Assembly: GCA_038141425.1 (NCBI GenBank)
Contig: JAYQIC010000011.1
Coordinates: forward strand, 319,681-383,680
Source: Rhodospirillaceae bacterium
Lineage (GTDB): Bacteria > Pseudomonadota > Alphaproteobacteria > UBA7985
Reading direction: 5' to 3'
DNA: 64,000 nt
Shown: positions 41,513 through 52,798 of the stretch, one piece after another
Numbering within the stretch: position 1 is the stretch's first letter
How the letters are laid out: each line of letters begins with the position of its first letter
Notes under the pieces: generated by a model
What the model was told of the DNA's origin: nothing
Database searches by the model: none
What the model saw: only the letters and a program-made list of their open reading frames with translations
Translations under genes and position numbers: made by a program

Positions 41513-41585
41513 CGGCTTTTATTCCGCTTTTACTTTTCCGAGGATCAAAGGCAGACTCAGGGCCTGATTTACGGGAGAAAACGCC

Positions 41586-42053
41586 ATGAGCGAACGACAG
41601 GGTGGCTGCTCGTGCAAGGCCACGCGCTACAGGTTGACCGAGGAGCCGATGTTTACCCACGTTTGTCACTGCAGCATCTGCAAGCGGCACACGGGCACGG
41701 CCTTTGTCACCCACATCTTTATTGAGCGCGCGCATCTCGAGGTGACCGAGGGTCGGGTGGAGGCCTACGCCGGGCAGACCGGCAGTGGCGCTGAGCACTG
41801 GGTCTACCGCTGTCCCGATTGCCTGTCGGCGCTCTACAGCCACTACGCTGGCAACGACCAGATTGCGCTGGTCAAGGGCGGGACGCTCGACGACCCGGCG
41901 TCATTGCCGCCCGGCGCGCACCTGTGGGTTGAGAGCAAGGTACCGTGGATCGAGATTCCGGATGGCGTGCCGGCCTTTGACCAGAACTATGTTGCCGCCG
42001 AGGTCTGGCCCGCTGCCTCCATGGAGCGGCGGCGCAAGGCAGGCTGGGGCTGA
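41586..42053 (+). CDS. GFA (glutathione-dependent formaldehyde-activating)/CENP-V family protein
   Basis: GGCSCKATRY...HVCHCSICKRHTG...YRCPDCLSAL are the zinc-Cys motifs of the GFA family. Confidence 0.85.
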   Translation: MSERQGGCSCKATRYRLTEEPMFTHVCHCSICKRHTGTAFVTHIFIERAHLEVTEGRVEAYAGQTGSGAEHWVYRCPDCLSALYSHYAGNDQIALVKGGTLDDPASLPPGAHLWVESKVPWIEIPDGVPAFDQNYVAAEVWPAASMERRRKAGWG

Positions 42054-42162
42054 TCCGCGCGCTGTCTTCGGCCTGATTGCTGTGGCGGCTTGTTTCCCGT
42101 TTTCTTGAGGCCCTTTCGCTCGCTTTCGCCTGTTTTCACTGAACTGCAACCCGGACCCTGAC

Positions 42163-43640
42163 ATGGATCAACTTGCCCTCGCCGAAGCTTTCTTTTCCGC
42201 CCGGCGCACCAAAGACACCTTGCCGCTGATCGCCCTGCCCGCCGACCCGGATCGCGCATGGTTGCGCGGTCTGCCGGAGCGGCACGCGCGCTGGCTCCGC
42301 AGTCAGGGTGCTGATCTTGACGGAGCCGGGCTGGTGCTTCCGTTCCCGGCGAGGATGGCAGCCTCGAAGCGGTGTATTTCTCCCCGACCAGTCACGCCGG
42401 AGACAGCTGGCGGCTTGCGCATCTGCCCGCCAAGCTGCCGCCGGGTCGTTACGCGCTCGAGGATGAGGCGGGTCTGAGCCGAGGGGCGGCGACACAGGCC
42501 TGTTTCGGATGGGCGCTGAGCCAGTGCCCCGACCGGCGGTATAAATCTGACGGCGCTGATCAAGGCGGCCGCGGCAGGTCGCCGGGCAACGGCGCCGCAG
42601 GCGGAGGCGCCGGCCGTGCTGGTCTGGCCCAAGGCAGCCGATCGGGGGAGGTCTCGGCCTGGCTCGAAGGGGTGGTCATGGCCCGACGGCTGGTCAACAC
42701 ACCTGCTGAAGACATGGGGCCGGCGGCGCTGGCCGAGGCGGCGCAGGCGCTGGCGGAACGGCATGGGGGCCGGTTCGAGCAGGTGGTCGGCGATGCCATG
42801 CTCGCGGAAGGTTTTCCGGCGGCCCACGCGGTTGGCCGGGGGCGACACCGGCACGGGCGCCGCGGATTCTGACCCTGCGGTTCAGGGGTTCGCGATCGCG
42901 GCGCCGACGGTGGCGCTGGTGGGAAAGGGCGTGGTGTTTGACACGGGTGGATTGGATATCAAGCCGCGTTCGTCCATGCGGAATATGAAGAAGGATATGG
43001 GCGGCGCGGCCGTGGCGCTGGGGCTGGCGAGGACGCTGCTGGCGCTGGGGGTGGACCTCAACCTGCTGGTGGTGATCGGCGCGGTGGAGAATGCGGTGTC
43101 AGCGGGGTCTTTCCGCCCGGGAGACGTGCTGCAGACGCGCAAGGGGCTGACGGTGGAGGTGGGGACACGGACGCGGAAGGGACGGCTGGTGCTCGCCGAC
43201 TGCCTGACCTATGCGGGCGAGCAGGATCCGGACCTGATCCTCGATTTTGCCACCCTGACCGGGTCGGCGCGGGTGGCACTGGGGCCGGACCTGCCGCCGG
43301 TGATGGCGCGGGACAATGGTCTGTCGACGGCTATGGCGCAGGCCGGGCACGAGGCCGGAGACCCGCTTTGGCCCATGCCGCTGTACCTGCCCTACGCCCA
43401 GCACCTGCGCAGCGCCATCGCGGATCTTTGCAACATCACCGAGGGTTTTGGCTTTGCGGGATCGATTACGGCAGGGCTGTTTCTGGAGAAATTCGTGCCG
43501 AAGGGAACGGCTTGGGCGCACTTTGACCTGTTTTGCTGGAACCCTTCAAGCCGCCCAGGCCGACCGGCGGGGGAGAGGCGCACGCGCTGCGGGCGATGGC
43601 TGGTTTTCTCAGGACGTGGAAGCCCGACCGGCGGTCGTAG
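42163..43640 (+). CDS. M17 leucyl-aminopeptidase-family protein, heavily frame-disrupted as sequenced
   Basis: Family motifs are spread over three frames: ARRLVNTPAEDMGP, HAVGRG, APRILTLRF, VALVGKGVVFDTGGLDIKP, MKKDMGGAA, GRLVLAD, ATLTGSARVALG, GRPAGGEAHALRAMAGFL. At least six slips (~42348, ~42553, ~42645, ~42850, ~42885, ~43575) plus a compensating pair at 43165/43180. Confidence 0.75.
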
Positions 43641-43654
43641 AGCGTTTCAATTGA

Positions 43655-44110
43655 TTGCGCGACGCTTGGCCCCGCCGCGCGAAGCGCGGTCGGGGACAAG
43701 TCGGCGCAACTTCCTTCCGCTGACACACAACACGCTCAAGGGCGCAGCCGTTTTGAGCGCAAAGGTAAAGTTGCGTGCTCGATTTGACGCCGCTTCGCGG
43801 CTTACAAATCTCCCCCGCGCAGTTAAACAGACAGGCCGCACTTCGCCCGGCCTGACGTCTTTCCGCATTTTCTCTGAAAATGTGCGTGGGAGGGCCGAAG
43901 GCCGCGAAGCGGCCAAGGCCCGAGCGCGCCACCTCTCCATTCACACTCAAGACGCGGAGTTTATCCTGAGCCTGCAGAAGGACTTCAAGTATTGTTGGCG
44001 TGAGGAGCACCAACGCGCTCAAAGCCGAAGGCGTGTTGAGCGCAAAGCAAAGAATTGCGCGGCGCTTGACCCCGCCGCGCGAAGCGCGGTCGGGGGCAAG
44101 TCGGCGCAAC
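43655..44110. repeat. Hairpin-repeat mosaic cluster E (H2r-H4r-H1r-H3r-H5r-H4r-H2r)
   Basis: H2 at 43655-43710 and 44055-44110, H1 at 43771-43822, H5 at 43884-43971, all in reverse orientation. Lies between convergent gene ends. Confidence 0.9.
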
Positions 44111-44114
44111 CCGT

Positions 44115-45045
44115 TCAGTATCCGTGATCCATGCTCACCAGATTGCTCAGCGGCAGCCCGCGGCGGAGTTCGTCGATCGCATCCGCGACGGCAAAAATCG
44201 CCGTCTCCGGCGCTGTGACCGCCGCAACGTGCGGGGTGATGAACACCCGCGGGTGGTCCCACAGCGGATGCTCTGTCGGCAGAGGCTCTTCGCGGAACAC
44301 GTCCAGCACAGCCACCTCGACCCGGCCTCGGTCCAGCGCCGCCAGCAGGTCTTCCTCGACCATATGACCGCCCCGACCCGCATTGATCACCGCGGCGCCC
44401 TGCGGCAGCCGGTTGAAGGTACCCCGGCCGAGGATCCCTTCAGTGTCGGGGGTCAAAGGCAGCAGGCAAATCAGCACTTCCGAGCGGTTGAGGAACTTCT
44501 CCAGCCCGTCGATGCCGTGGAAGGTCTCCACACCATCCAGCTGCTTGGGCGAGCGCGACCAGCCCATGACGTTGTAGCCCATGCCGATCAGCGCGCTGGC
44601 GCAGGCCTGTCCGAGCACCCCGATGCCCATGATCCCCACCTTTTGGTCGGTCGCCAGCCGCACCTCCTCTTCTTGCCAGACCCGGTTGGCCTGATGCGCG
44701 AAGGTCCGGTGCATCCGGCGGGTACAGAGCAGGGTCGCCATGACGACGTACTCGATCATGCCCTGGGTCAGGCCCCGGGTCGACCATCCGCACCAGCGGC
44801 ACGTCGCGCGGATAGCTCGGGTCGCGCAGGATGTGATCCACCCCCGCCCCGGTGGAGATCACCAGCCGCAGATTTTCCAGGGAGGCGAGCAGCCCCTGCG
44901 GCGGCTCCCAGACCAGCGCAACGTCGACCTCTGCGGGATCACCGACAAAGGGAAAGGTCACCACCTCCAGCCCGGGGACGCGGTTGTGCAAAGCGTTCTT
45001 CCAGCGCTCGATCAGATGGCGTTCGTTCTTGAGCAGCAGCTTCAT
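44115..45045 (-). CDS. D-2-hydroxyacid dehydrogenase (glyoxylate/hydroxypyruvate reductase A-like), frame-disrupted as sequenced
   Basis: N-terminus is in ORF 44440..45045 up to VPLVRMVDPG. The remainder is in ORF 44115..44759 (GIMGIGVLG Rossmann motif, INAGRGGH, ITPHVAA). The slip is at C-run 44773-44776. Confidence 0.8.
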
Positions 45046-45117
45046 GCTTGTGCCTCTCCCTATGCCGTTGAGTGGCTCCGACCGGTTCGCAGGAACCGCG
45101 CCACGACGTCTGAGAGA

Positions 45118-46743
45118 CTATTGGCGGACCGCTGCCGCCTCGTCCACCGCCAATTCGGTCGCCGCCCGCAACAGAGCGCGGGTGTAGGGCCTCACGGGGA
45201 TCGGCAAACAGCCCTTCGGTGTCGCCGCTCTCCACCACCTTGCCGTCGCGCATCACCAGGATCCGGTGTGACATGGCCCGCACCACCTTCAGGTCGTGGG
45301 AGATGAACAGGTAAGCCAGCCCCAGCCGGGCCTGCAGGTCGCGGAGCAGGTCGACCAGCTGCGCCTGCACGGTCATGTCCAGCGCCGAGGTCGGATCGTC
45401 GAGAATGATCAGCCGGGGTTCGAGGATCAGGGCGCCGGCGACGGCCACACGCTGGCGTTGCCCCCGCTGAATTCGTGCGGGAAGCGGTGCCGCGCGGCCG
45501 GGTCGAGGCCGACCATCTCCAGCGCGCCGATCACGCGCGCCTCGACGGTGGCGGCGTCGAGCTCGCGCGCGTGCACGCTCAGCCCCTCGCCAACGATCTC
45601 GCCGACGGTCATACGCGGCGACAGCGAGGAGAACGGGTCCTGGAACACCACCTGCATCTCGCGACGCAGCGGCACGAGGGCGGCCGGGCTGGCGCCCTCG
45701 ATCGACTGGCCGAGGTAGGTAATCGGCCCCTGCGCGGACAGCAGCCGCAGCAGCGCCATGCCGAGCGTGGATTTGCCCGAGCCGGACTCGCCGACGATGC
45801 CGAGCGTCTCACCCTCGCGGATCGACAGGCTTACCCCGTCGACTGCCTTGATGCTGCCGACCTGCGTTTTGAGCACGCCGGCGAGGATCGGGAAATGCAC
45901 CCGCAGATCGGTGGTCTCGATCACCGGCTGCGCCTGCTCGGGCACAGGCGCCGGGGTGCCGCTGGGCTGGCTGTCGATCAGCATGCGGGTATAGGGGTGC
46001 TTGGGTGCTTCGAGGATCTCGCGCGCGGTGCCGGTTTCGACCACGTGGCCCTTTTCCATGACCACGATGTCGTCGGCCATGGCCCCGACCACGTCGAGGT
46101 CGTGGGTGATCAGCAGCATGGCCATGTTCCGCTCGCGCTGCTTCTCGCGCAGCAGTTCGAGGATCTGCGCCTGAATGGTCACGTCCAGCGCGGTCGTCGG
46201 TTCATCGGCGATCAGCAGGTCGGGATCATTGGCCAGCGCCATGGCGATCATCACCCGCTGGCGTTGCCCGCCGCTGAGCTGGTGCGGGTAGGCCCGCGCC
46301 TGCCGCTCAGGGTCGGTGAGGCCGACGTCGGCGAGCAGATCGGGCACCTGCTCCCGCGCGCTGCGCCAGTCGATCCGCTGGTGGGTGACCAGAATTTCTG
46401 CCACCTGCCGGTCGATGCGCTGGACCGGGTTGAGGGAGATTTGGGGCTCCTGAAAGATCATCGAAATTTCGTTGCCGCGAATGCTGCGCAGCGCCTTGGC
46501 CGGCGCCTTCAGCAGGTCTTGCCCCTTCCACAGGATTTCGCTGTCCGGGCTGTGGCCCGCCACGGGGTAGGGCAGCAGCTGCAGCACCGACATGGCCGAA
46601 ACCGTCTTGCCCGAGCCGGACTCACCGACCAGCGCCGTGGTCCGGCCCGGTTCGACCGAAAACGCGATATCCTGCGCGCCGACGAGACGACCATCGGGGG
46701 TATCGAAGAAGACGTCGAGGCGCCGCACCTGCAGCAGGCTCAT
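45118..46743 (-). CDS. yejF: ABC transporter ATPase with two nucleotide-binding domains (YejF-like), frame-disrupted twice as sequenced
   Basis: Two Walker A motifs ([16 protein letters not shown]) and two LSGGQ-type signatures. The second signature reads [11 protein letters not shown] only after a slip at ~45460. The C-terminus [10 protein letters not shown]... needs a slip at ~45190. Confidence 0.85.
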
Positions 46744-47927
46744 GGCTTAGCCTCCGGGGCCGCGGATGGTGCGGCGACCGTTTCACCGGCTGCTTGTGCA
46801 GCCGCTTCACCCGCTGCATCACCTGCTGCATCACCGGGCTGGACCGCGCCAGCGTGCTTCTTGGGCAGGCGGATGCGGATCGCCTTGCGCGGATCCATAG
46901 CGTTGCGCACGCCCTCGCCGATGAAGACCATCAGCATGGTGATCCCGCCCAGCCCGACGAAAATCGGGTAGACCAGCCACCACTTGCGGATGTTCGCCAA
47001 CCCCTGGCGGGTCATCTCACCCAGCGACGGCGAGCCCGGCGGCAGGCCAAAGCCGAGGAAGTCGAGCCCGGAGAGCACCGTCACCGACCCGGCAAGCGCG
47101 AACGGCATGAAGGTGATGGTGCCGACCATGGCGTTGGGGAAGACGTGCCGCCACATGACGGTGACGTTGCTCACACCCAACGCGCGGGCGGCGGTGATGT
47201 ACTGGTAATTGCGGGCCTTGAGGAACTCGGCGCGGATGGTGCCGACGTACCCCGTCCAGCCGAAGATCGATAGTAACCCCAACAGCAGCCAGAAATTCGG
47301 CTGCACCAGCCCGGCAATCGCGATGATGATGAACAGCGTCGGCAGAGAGCCGTAAATCTCCAGTATTCGCTGGAACAGCAGGTCGACCCAGCCGCCGAAA
47401 TACCCCATGACCGCCCCGGCTGCGATCCCGACCACGGCGGTGATGGCGACGTACATGAAGCCGAACAGGAAGCTGACCCGGATGCCGTAGATCAGGCGTG
47501 AGACCACGTCGCGGCCCTTGTCGTCCGTCCCCAGCCAGTGGTTGGCGTCGGGCGCACTGGGGAACTCCGCGCCGGCGTCCTTAACCACCCGCCGGTAGTG
47601 GTAGGGCACGACCGGCCAGACCATGTAGCCGTTATCGTTGATCTCTTCGGCGATGAAGGGATCGTAGTAGTTGGTCGGCCCGGCGAAGCCGTTGAACTCG
47701 CTCTCCGGGTACTCGACCATAAACGGGAAGTAGCTCTGGCCCTTGTAGGAGACATAGAGCGGCCGGTCGGTCGCGATCACGTTGGCGAACAGGCTGGTGC
47801 CGAAAATCAGTCCGACCAGAATCATGGACACCAGCGCCCGCCGGTCGGCGAGGAAGCGCAGCCAGCGGCGGAAGGTGATCTCGGTAACCGGCAGCAGGCC
47901 GAGGATCTTGTAGGGCTTGAGTTTCAT
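46740..47927 (-). CDS. yejE: Peptide ABC transporter permease (YejE-like)
   Basis: BPD-type permease. ATG 47927 follows GAGGAAGGGG. ATGA overlap with yejF. Ala/Gly-rich C-terminal tail. Confidence 0.85.
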   Translation of the reverse strand: MKLKPYKILGLLPVTEITFRRWLRFLADRRALVSMILVGLIFGTSLFANVIATDRPLYVSYKGQSYFPFMVEYPESEFNGFAGPTNYYDPFIAEEINDNGYMVWPVVPYHYRRVVKDAGAEFPSAPDANHWLGTDDKGRDVVSRLIYGIRVSFLFGFMYVAITAVVGIAAGAVMGYFGGWVDLLFQRILEIYGSLPTLFIIIAIAGLVQPNFWLLLGLLSIFGWTGYVGTIRAEFLKARNYQYITAARALGVSNVTVMWRHVFPNAMVGTITFMPFALAGSVTVLSGLDFLGFGLPPGSPSLGEMTRQGLANIRKWWLVYPIFVGLGGITMLMVFIGEGVRNAMDPRKAIRIRLPKKHAGAVQPGDAAGDAAGEAAAQAAGETVAAPSAAPEAKP

Positions 47928-47943
47928 GCGTCCGACCCCTTCC

Positions 47944-49059
47944 TCAGACCTTGCGCGCTTCGAAACTGATCCGGGGATCAATCAGCGTGTAGGAAATGTC
48001 TGAGACCAGATGCAGGGTCAGGCCCAGCAGCCCGCCGATCCAGATGTTGGCGTAGAGCACCGGGTAGTCGCGGTTGGACAGGCTCTCCAGCCCCAGCAGC
48101 CCGAGGCCGTTGAGGTTGAAGATTCGCTCGATCAGCACCGACCCGGTGAACAGCAGTCCGACGAACAGCCCCGGCAGCCCCGAGAGCACCAGAATCATGG
48201 CGTTGCGGAAGACGTGGCCGTACATGATCCGGCTTTCGCTCAGCCCCTTGGACCGGGCGGTGGTGACGTACTGCTGGCCGAGGTGGTCCATGAAGCTGTT
48301 CTTGGTCAGCATCATCAGCCCGGCGTAGCCGCCTACCAGAATAACCACGGCGGGCAGCGCCATGTGCCAGAAATAGTCACCGATCTTCTGCAGCCAGTTC
48401 AGCTCGCGCCAGTTGTCGCTGACCAGCCCTTCCAGCGGGAACCACTGCAGCTGTACGGCGAAAATGGCGATCAGCATGATGGCCAGCACGAAGTTGGGGA
48501 TGGCGTCGATCCCGACCACACCAGTGGTCGTCGCCCAGTCAAAGCGACTGCCGTCGCGGCGGGCCTTGGCGATCCCCAGCGGGATACAGATCAGGTAGGT
48601 GAACAGCGCGCCGATAATCCCCAGCCCCATGGTCACCGGCATGCGCTCGACGATGACGTCGAGCACTGGCCGGCCGTAGCGCAGCGATTCCTTGAAATCG
48701 AAGCGCAGGAAGCTGACGAAGTAGTCGCCCAGCCGCACGTACCAGGGCCGGTCGAGGCCGAACATCACCGCGTAGCGCTCGAAGGTCACGGGGTCCATGC
48801 CCTCGCGCCCGCGGTAGCCCTCGATCTGGTTAAGGTCGCGGCCGACCTCGATCTCGCCGCCTTCTTCGGTGGCTTCGCCCACGTCACCCGCAGCCCCAAT
48901 CATCCGGTCGCCCAGGTCCGTCGAAATGCCCTGCATCTCGGCGATCAGGGCTTCAAGCGGTCCCCCGGGGGAGAAGTTGATGATCAGGAAGCTGGTCAGG
49001 AAGATCCCCGTCAGGGTGACGGGGATCAGCAACAAGCGTCGGATGATGTACGCGAGCAT
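47944..49059 (-). CDS. yejB: Peptide ABC transporter permease (YejB-like)
   Basis: 371 aa. MLAYIIRRLLLIPVTL is a DppB/OppB-type N-terminus. Same operon. Confidence 0.88.
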   Translation of the reverse strand: MLAYIIRRLLLIPVTLTGIFLTSFLIINFSPGGPLEALIAEMQGISTDLGDRMIGAAGDVGEATEEGGEIEVGRDLNQIEGYRGREGMDPVTFERYAVMFGLDRPWYVRLGDYFVSFLRFDFKESLRYGRPVLDVIVERMPVTMGLGIIGALFTYLICIPLGIAKARRDGSRFDWATTTGVVGIDAIPNFVLAIMLIAIFAVQLQWFPLEGLVSDNWRELNWLQKIGDYFWHMALPAVVILVGGYAGLMMLTKNSFMDHLGQQYVTTARSKGLSESRIMYGHVFRNAMILVLSGLPGLFVGLLFTGSVLIERIFNLNGLGLLGLESLSNRDYPVLYANIWIGGLLGLTLHLVSDISYTLIDPRISFEARKV

Positions 49060-49084
49060 TCAGCGGCAACAGCAGCTGTGGCGA

Positions 49085-50965
49085 TCAGAGCGCTTCACGA
49101 CGCTCGTCGAGCGTCATGTCGAGGGCTTCATCGATCCACCAACCGCCGGTCGGCGAGCCGAGGTAGTCCTCGTCATCGCTGTGGTCGATCACGCCGAACT
49201 TGTCCCAGTAAAGCAGGCGGGACTTGTTGTAGTACCACTCGAGCACCACCACGTGTTCGGAGATCAGGACGCGGTCCAGCGCCTTGGAGACGGCGTTGAG
49301 CTCCTCGCGGCTCTCGGCGCTGGTCAGCTGCGCGATCAGGTCGTCCAGCACCTCGCTCTCGTAGCCGTGGAAGGCGATCGAGCCCGGGGTCGCTGCCAGC
49401 TCCGAGGACCAGTAGTAACGCATCTGCGTGCCCGGCGTGTAGGACGCGCGGTAGACGTAGTCGGTCATGTCGAAGTCACGGGTCCGGATCTTTTCGATCC
49501 ACTGTGTCGGGTCGAGCAGGCTGAAGGTCGCGTCGATGCCAATCCGCTCCAGGTTCTCCACCCATGGCAGGATGTAGCGCTCGCTGTCCGGCGAGCTGTC
49601 GACAATTTCCAGCGCAAACTGTTCGCCGTCGGCGTTGACCAGCTTACCGTCTTCGAGGTTCCAGCCCGCCTCTGCGAACAGGTTCAGGGCCTTGCGCAGG
49701 TTATCGCGGTTGTTCCCGGAGCCGTCGGTCTCGGGGTAGAAGTACTGCTCACCGAACACGGTCGCAGGCAGCTGGCCCGGGAATTTTGCGTCGAGCGCTT
49801 GCAGGATTTCCAGCTCACGACCCGAGGCCACGCCGGTGGCTTCCAGCTGCGAGTTCTCGAGGTGCGAGTTCTGGCGCAGGTAGCGACCGTAGAACAGCTG
49901 CTTGTTGGTGAATTCGAAGTCGAAGGCCAGGCCGATGGCCTCACGAACGCGGCGGTCCTGGAACTTCTCTTTCTGCAGGTTGAAGAACATGGCCTGCGTA
50001 TTCTGGATTTCGTTGTCTTCGAATTCCTTCTTGATCAGCAGCCCTTCGGCAATCGCCGGGATGTCTTCGGCCTTGTAGTCGTTGACCCAGGCCTTCATCT
50101 GGTTCTCGCCGCGCATGTCGATCTCACCTACCTTGATCGCGTTACGGATCGTGGTGACATCGTTGTAGTACTTGTAGCGCATGGTCTGGAAGTTGGCCGA
50201 ACCCTGTGCCCAGGCAAAGCTGTCGCCCCAGTAGTCGTCGCGGCGTTCGTAGATGATGTAGTTTTCGTCCTGGTGTTCCTTGATGCGGTACTCACCCGAG
50301 CCGACCGGGTAGACGTCGAGGAAAATCTCCTGCGGGTCACGGTCTTCCCAGAAGTACTTCGGGATGATGGCCTCACCGCCGATGGTAAAGGGTACGTTGC
50401 GGTCGGTGTTGTCCTCGGTGAAGGAGAACTTCACCCGGTTGCCGTCCAGCACTTCGATGCTCTCGATCATGGCGAAGGCATCGGCAAAGCCCGGCCAGCC
50501 CTTTTCGAACTGGAAATCAAAGGTGAATTTGACGTCTTCGGCCGTCACTGGCGAACCGTTGGGCCAGCGCGCTTCGTCGCGCAGTTTGTAGATGACCCAC
50601 GAGCGGTCCTTGGGCATCTGGATGGTCTCGGCGAGGACGCCGTAGGACGTATCGAGTTCATCCGCGACCCCACCCAGCATGCTGTCGTAGAGCAGGCCCA
50701 GACCGGCAGCGTCGTCGCCCCGGCCGTTGAGGTTGTTTAAGTCGTTGAAGCCGCCGACCACGGCGGAGACGTATTCGCCGTACACCGGCGCGTCAGCATT
50801 CAGATAGGGGTAGCTTTCGACGTCGGCCGGGTATTTGGCTTCGCCGTCGAATTTGTGGATGAAGTGCTGGATCGGTGCATCCATGCCATTTTCGGCGGAT
50901 GCCACACCGGCGGCCAGCAGCAACAGCGCGGCGCCGGAAGCGATTTTTCCAAGGTGTCTGGTCAC
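49085..50965 (-). CDS. yejA: Extracellular solute-binding protein family 5 (YejA-like)
   Basis: 626 aa with a signal peptide, SBP_bac_5-like. First gene of the yejABEF-type operon. Confidence 0.85.
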   Translation of the reverse strand: MTRHLGKIASGAALLLLAAGVASAENGMDAPIQHFIHKFDGEAKYPADVESYPYLNADAPVYGEYVSAVVGGFNDLNNLNGRGDDAAGLGLLYDSMLGGVADELDTSYGVLAETIQMPKDRSWVIYKLRDEARWPNGSPVTAEDVKFTFDFQFEKGWPGFADAFAMIESIEVLDGNRVKFSFTEDNTDRNVPFTIGGEAIIPKYFWEDRDPQEIFLDVYPVGSGEYRIKEHQDENYIIYERRDDYWGDSFAWAQGSANFQTMRYKYYNDVTTIRNAIKVGEIDMRGENQMKAWVNDYKAEDIPAIAEGLLIKKEFEDNEIQNTQAMFFNLQKEKFQDRRVREAIGLAFDFEFTNKQLFYGRYLRQNSHLENSQLEATGVASGRELEILQALDAKFPGQLPATVFGEQYFYPETDGSGNNRDNLRKALNLFAEAGWNLEDGKLVNADGEQFALEIVDSSPDSERYILPWVENLERIGIDATFSLLDPTQWIEKIRTRDFDMTDYVYRASYTPGTQMRYYWSSELAATPGSIAFHGYESEVLDDLIAQLTSAESREELNAVSKALDRVLISEHVVVLEWYYNKSRLLYWDKFGVIDHSDDEDYLGSPTGGWWIDEALDMTLDERREAL

Positions 50966-51074
50966 GGTCTTTCCCCCAGTTGATTGCGGTCAGCTTTGAG
51001 ACTTTGGTTTCGGGCTTTCCCCGAAGGTCTGCCCTTGTCATATGCAAAAGACAAAATGGGGCAAAACGAGGAAC

Positions 51075-51107
51075 AAAAAAGCCCACGCGACCTTTCAGTC
51101 CGTGGGC
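51075..51107 (-). terminator. Rho-independent terminator of the cytochrome c gene
   Basis: Minus strand reads GCCCACG-N13-CGTGGGC followed by TTTTTT. Confidence 0.7.
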
Positions 51108-51132
51108 TCAAGATTTGGTGATCAAAAGTGCG

Positions 51133-51726
51133 TTATTCCGCAGCGGCGGTTTCCGCGTTATGGACCTCGACCGCAGCCAGATCTTCAGCCGATGGTTCGG
51201 GCAGCGCCAGCGGTGCGTCAGCCTGCTGATACATCCACGCGATCAGGTTGGCGCGGTCGGCCTCATCCTTGAGACCCGCGAAGCCCATCTTGGTGCCGGG
51301 CGCCCAGGCCTTTGGCTTCAGCAGGAAGCCGTCGAGGGCTTCAGCGGTCCAGTTGCCATCGATGCCAGCCAGCGCGCCGGAGTAGGCGTAGGTGGTGTCC
51401 GCCGCGATATCGCGGCCCACCACGTTCCACAGCGCCGGGCCGATCTTATTGACGCCACCCTGCTCGAACGCGTGGCAGGTGGTGCACTTGGCGGCAGCCT
51501 TCGGACCCAGTGCCGGGTTCGCGTCAGCAAGACGGATCGAAATCGGGGTGATGAACACCTCTTCCTCACCGCCACCGACAGCCAGTTCCGGGATCGGGAA
51601 ACCATTGACAACTTTGTCGTGGTGGCCGTGGTGCGACGGGTCGAACAGCTTGGTAATCTGAATGAAGCTCAGACCCAGAAACGCGGCAAATAGGATAGAG
51701 GCGAAGATCAGAAAGGTATTGCTCAT
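51133..51726 (-). CDS. Membrane-anchored c-type cytochrome (CycM-like)
   Basis: N-terminal TM anchor, CTTCH heme-binding motif, and a class I cytochrome c domain (KIGPALWNVVGR...GTKMGFAGL). Confidence 0.85.
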   Translation of the reverse strand: MSNTFLIFASILFAAFLGLSFIQITKLFDPSHHGHHDKVVNGFPIPELAVGGGEEEVFITPISIRLADANPALGPKAAAKCTTCHAFEQGGVNKIGPALWNVVGRDIAADTTYAYSGALAGIDGNWTAEALDGFLLKPKAWAPGTKMGFAGLKDEADRANLIAWMYQQADAPLALPEPSAEDLAAVEVHNAETAAAE

Positions 51727-51913
51727 CGACTAGACCTGCGGTGGACTTTTTTGCTCCCGCGCCCGAAAAGGCTAAGGAAGGTTGAATTCGTTGTGTTGGA
51801 TGGCCTAAGGGGCTGGAAAACGCAAGGGCTGCGACGCCGCAAATGGGGTTCAGCGACGCTGGTACAGGGTCACGGTTAATGCAAGCGACGCGCACAGAGC
51901 GCAGGGAGACGTC

Positions 51914-52750
51914 ATGAAGGTCGCGTTTCAGGGGGAATTGGGCGCCAATTCGCACACGGCAGTTCTGCAGTATTACGGGGGCAGCTCTGTTGAGCCGGTC
52001 CCCTGCCGGACGTTTGAAGAGAGCTTTGCGGCGGTTCCGGCCGGGCTGGCAGACGCGGCCATGATCCCGATCGATAATTCTACGGCCGGACGGGTCGCCG
52101 ACGTGCATCGCCTGCTGCCCGAAAGCGGGCTGCACATCATCGGCGAGCACTTCCTGCCGATCCAGTTCCAGCTCATGGGTCTGCCTAGCAGTTCCGTGGC
52201 TCAGGCGAGCCGCGTGCTCAGCCACGTCCACGCGCTGGGCCAGTGCCGGGACGTCATCCGCAAGCACGGCCTGGAACCCGTTGTCGCCCACGACACCGCC
52301 GGTGCCGCCAAAATCGTTGCGGCCGATGGGTCGGCGGAGCAGGTGGCGCTGGCGCCATCGCTGGCCGCCGAGATGTACGGGCTGGAAATCTTCGAGGCCG
52401 ACGTCAGCGATTCGAGCGACAACAACACCCGCTTCGTGCTGCTCGCGCCCGAGCCCTACAAGGTCACGGGCCGCGAAGAAAAGGTCATCACCTCGCTGGT
52501 GTTCAAGACCCGGTCGGTTCCCGCGGCGCTTTACAAGGCGCTGACCGGCTTTGCCACCAATGGCGTCAACATCACCAAGCTCGAGAGCTACATCACCGAC
52601 GCCCGGCATACGGTCGCGCAGTTCTATACCGATATCGACGGCGCGCAGGACGACACCAACGTCGCGATTGCCCTGCAGGATCTGGCTTATTTCAGCGAGC
52701 ACGTGCGGGTGCTGGGGTCATACCCGGCCTCGTCCTTCCGCAAGTCCTGA
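51914..52750 (+). CDS. pheA: Prephenate dehydratase
   Basis: 278 aa. VAFQGELGANSH, TRF and ESRP-like ACT-domain motifs (TSLVFKTRSVPAALYKAL). Confidence 0.9.
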   Translation: MKVAFQGELGANSHTAVLQYYGGSSVEPVPCRTFEESFAAVPAGLADAAMIPIDNSTAGRVADVHRLLPESGLHIIGEHFLPIQFQLMGLPSSSVAQASRVLSHVHALGQCRDVIRKHGLEPVVAHDTAGAAKIVAADGSAEQVALAPSLAAEMYGLEIFEADVSDSSDNNTRFVLLAPEPYKVTGREEKVITSLVFKTRSVPAALYKALTGFATNGVNITKLESYITDARHTVAQFYTDIDGAQDDTNVAIALQDLAYFSEHVRVLGSYPASSFRKS

Positions 52751-52798
52751 GAGCTCAGACGGCAACGGTCAGACCGGCTTCACACTGAGTCCGGGAAT

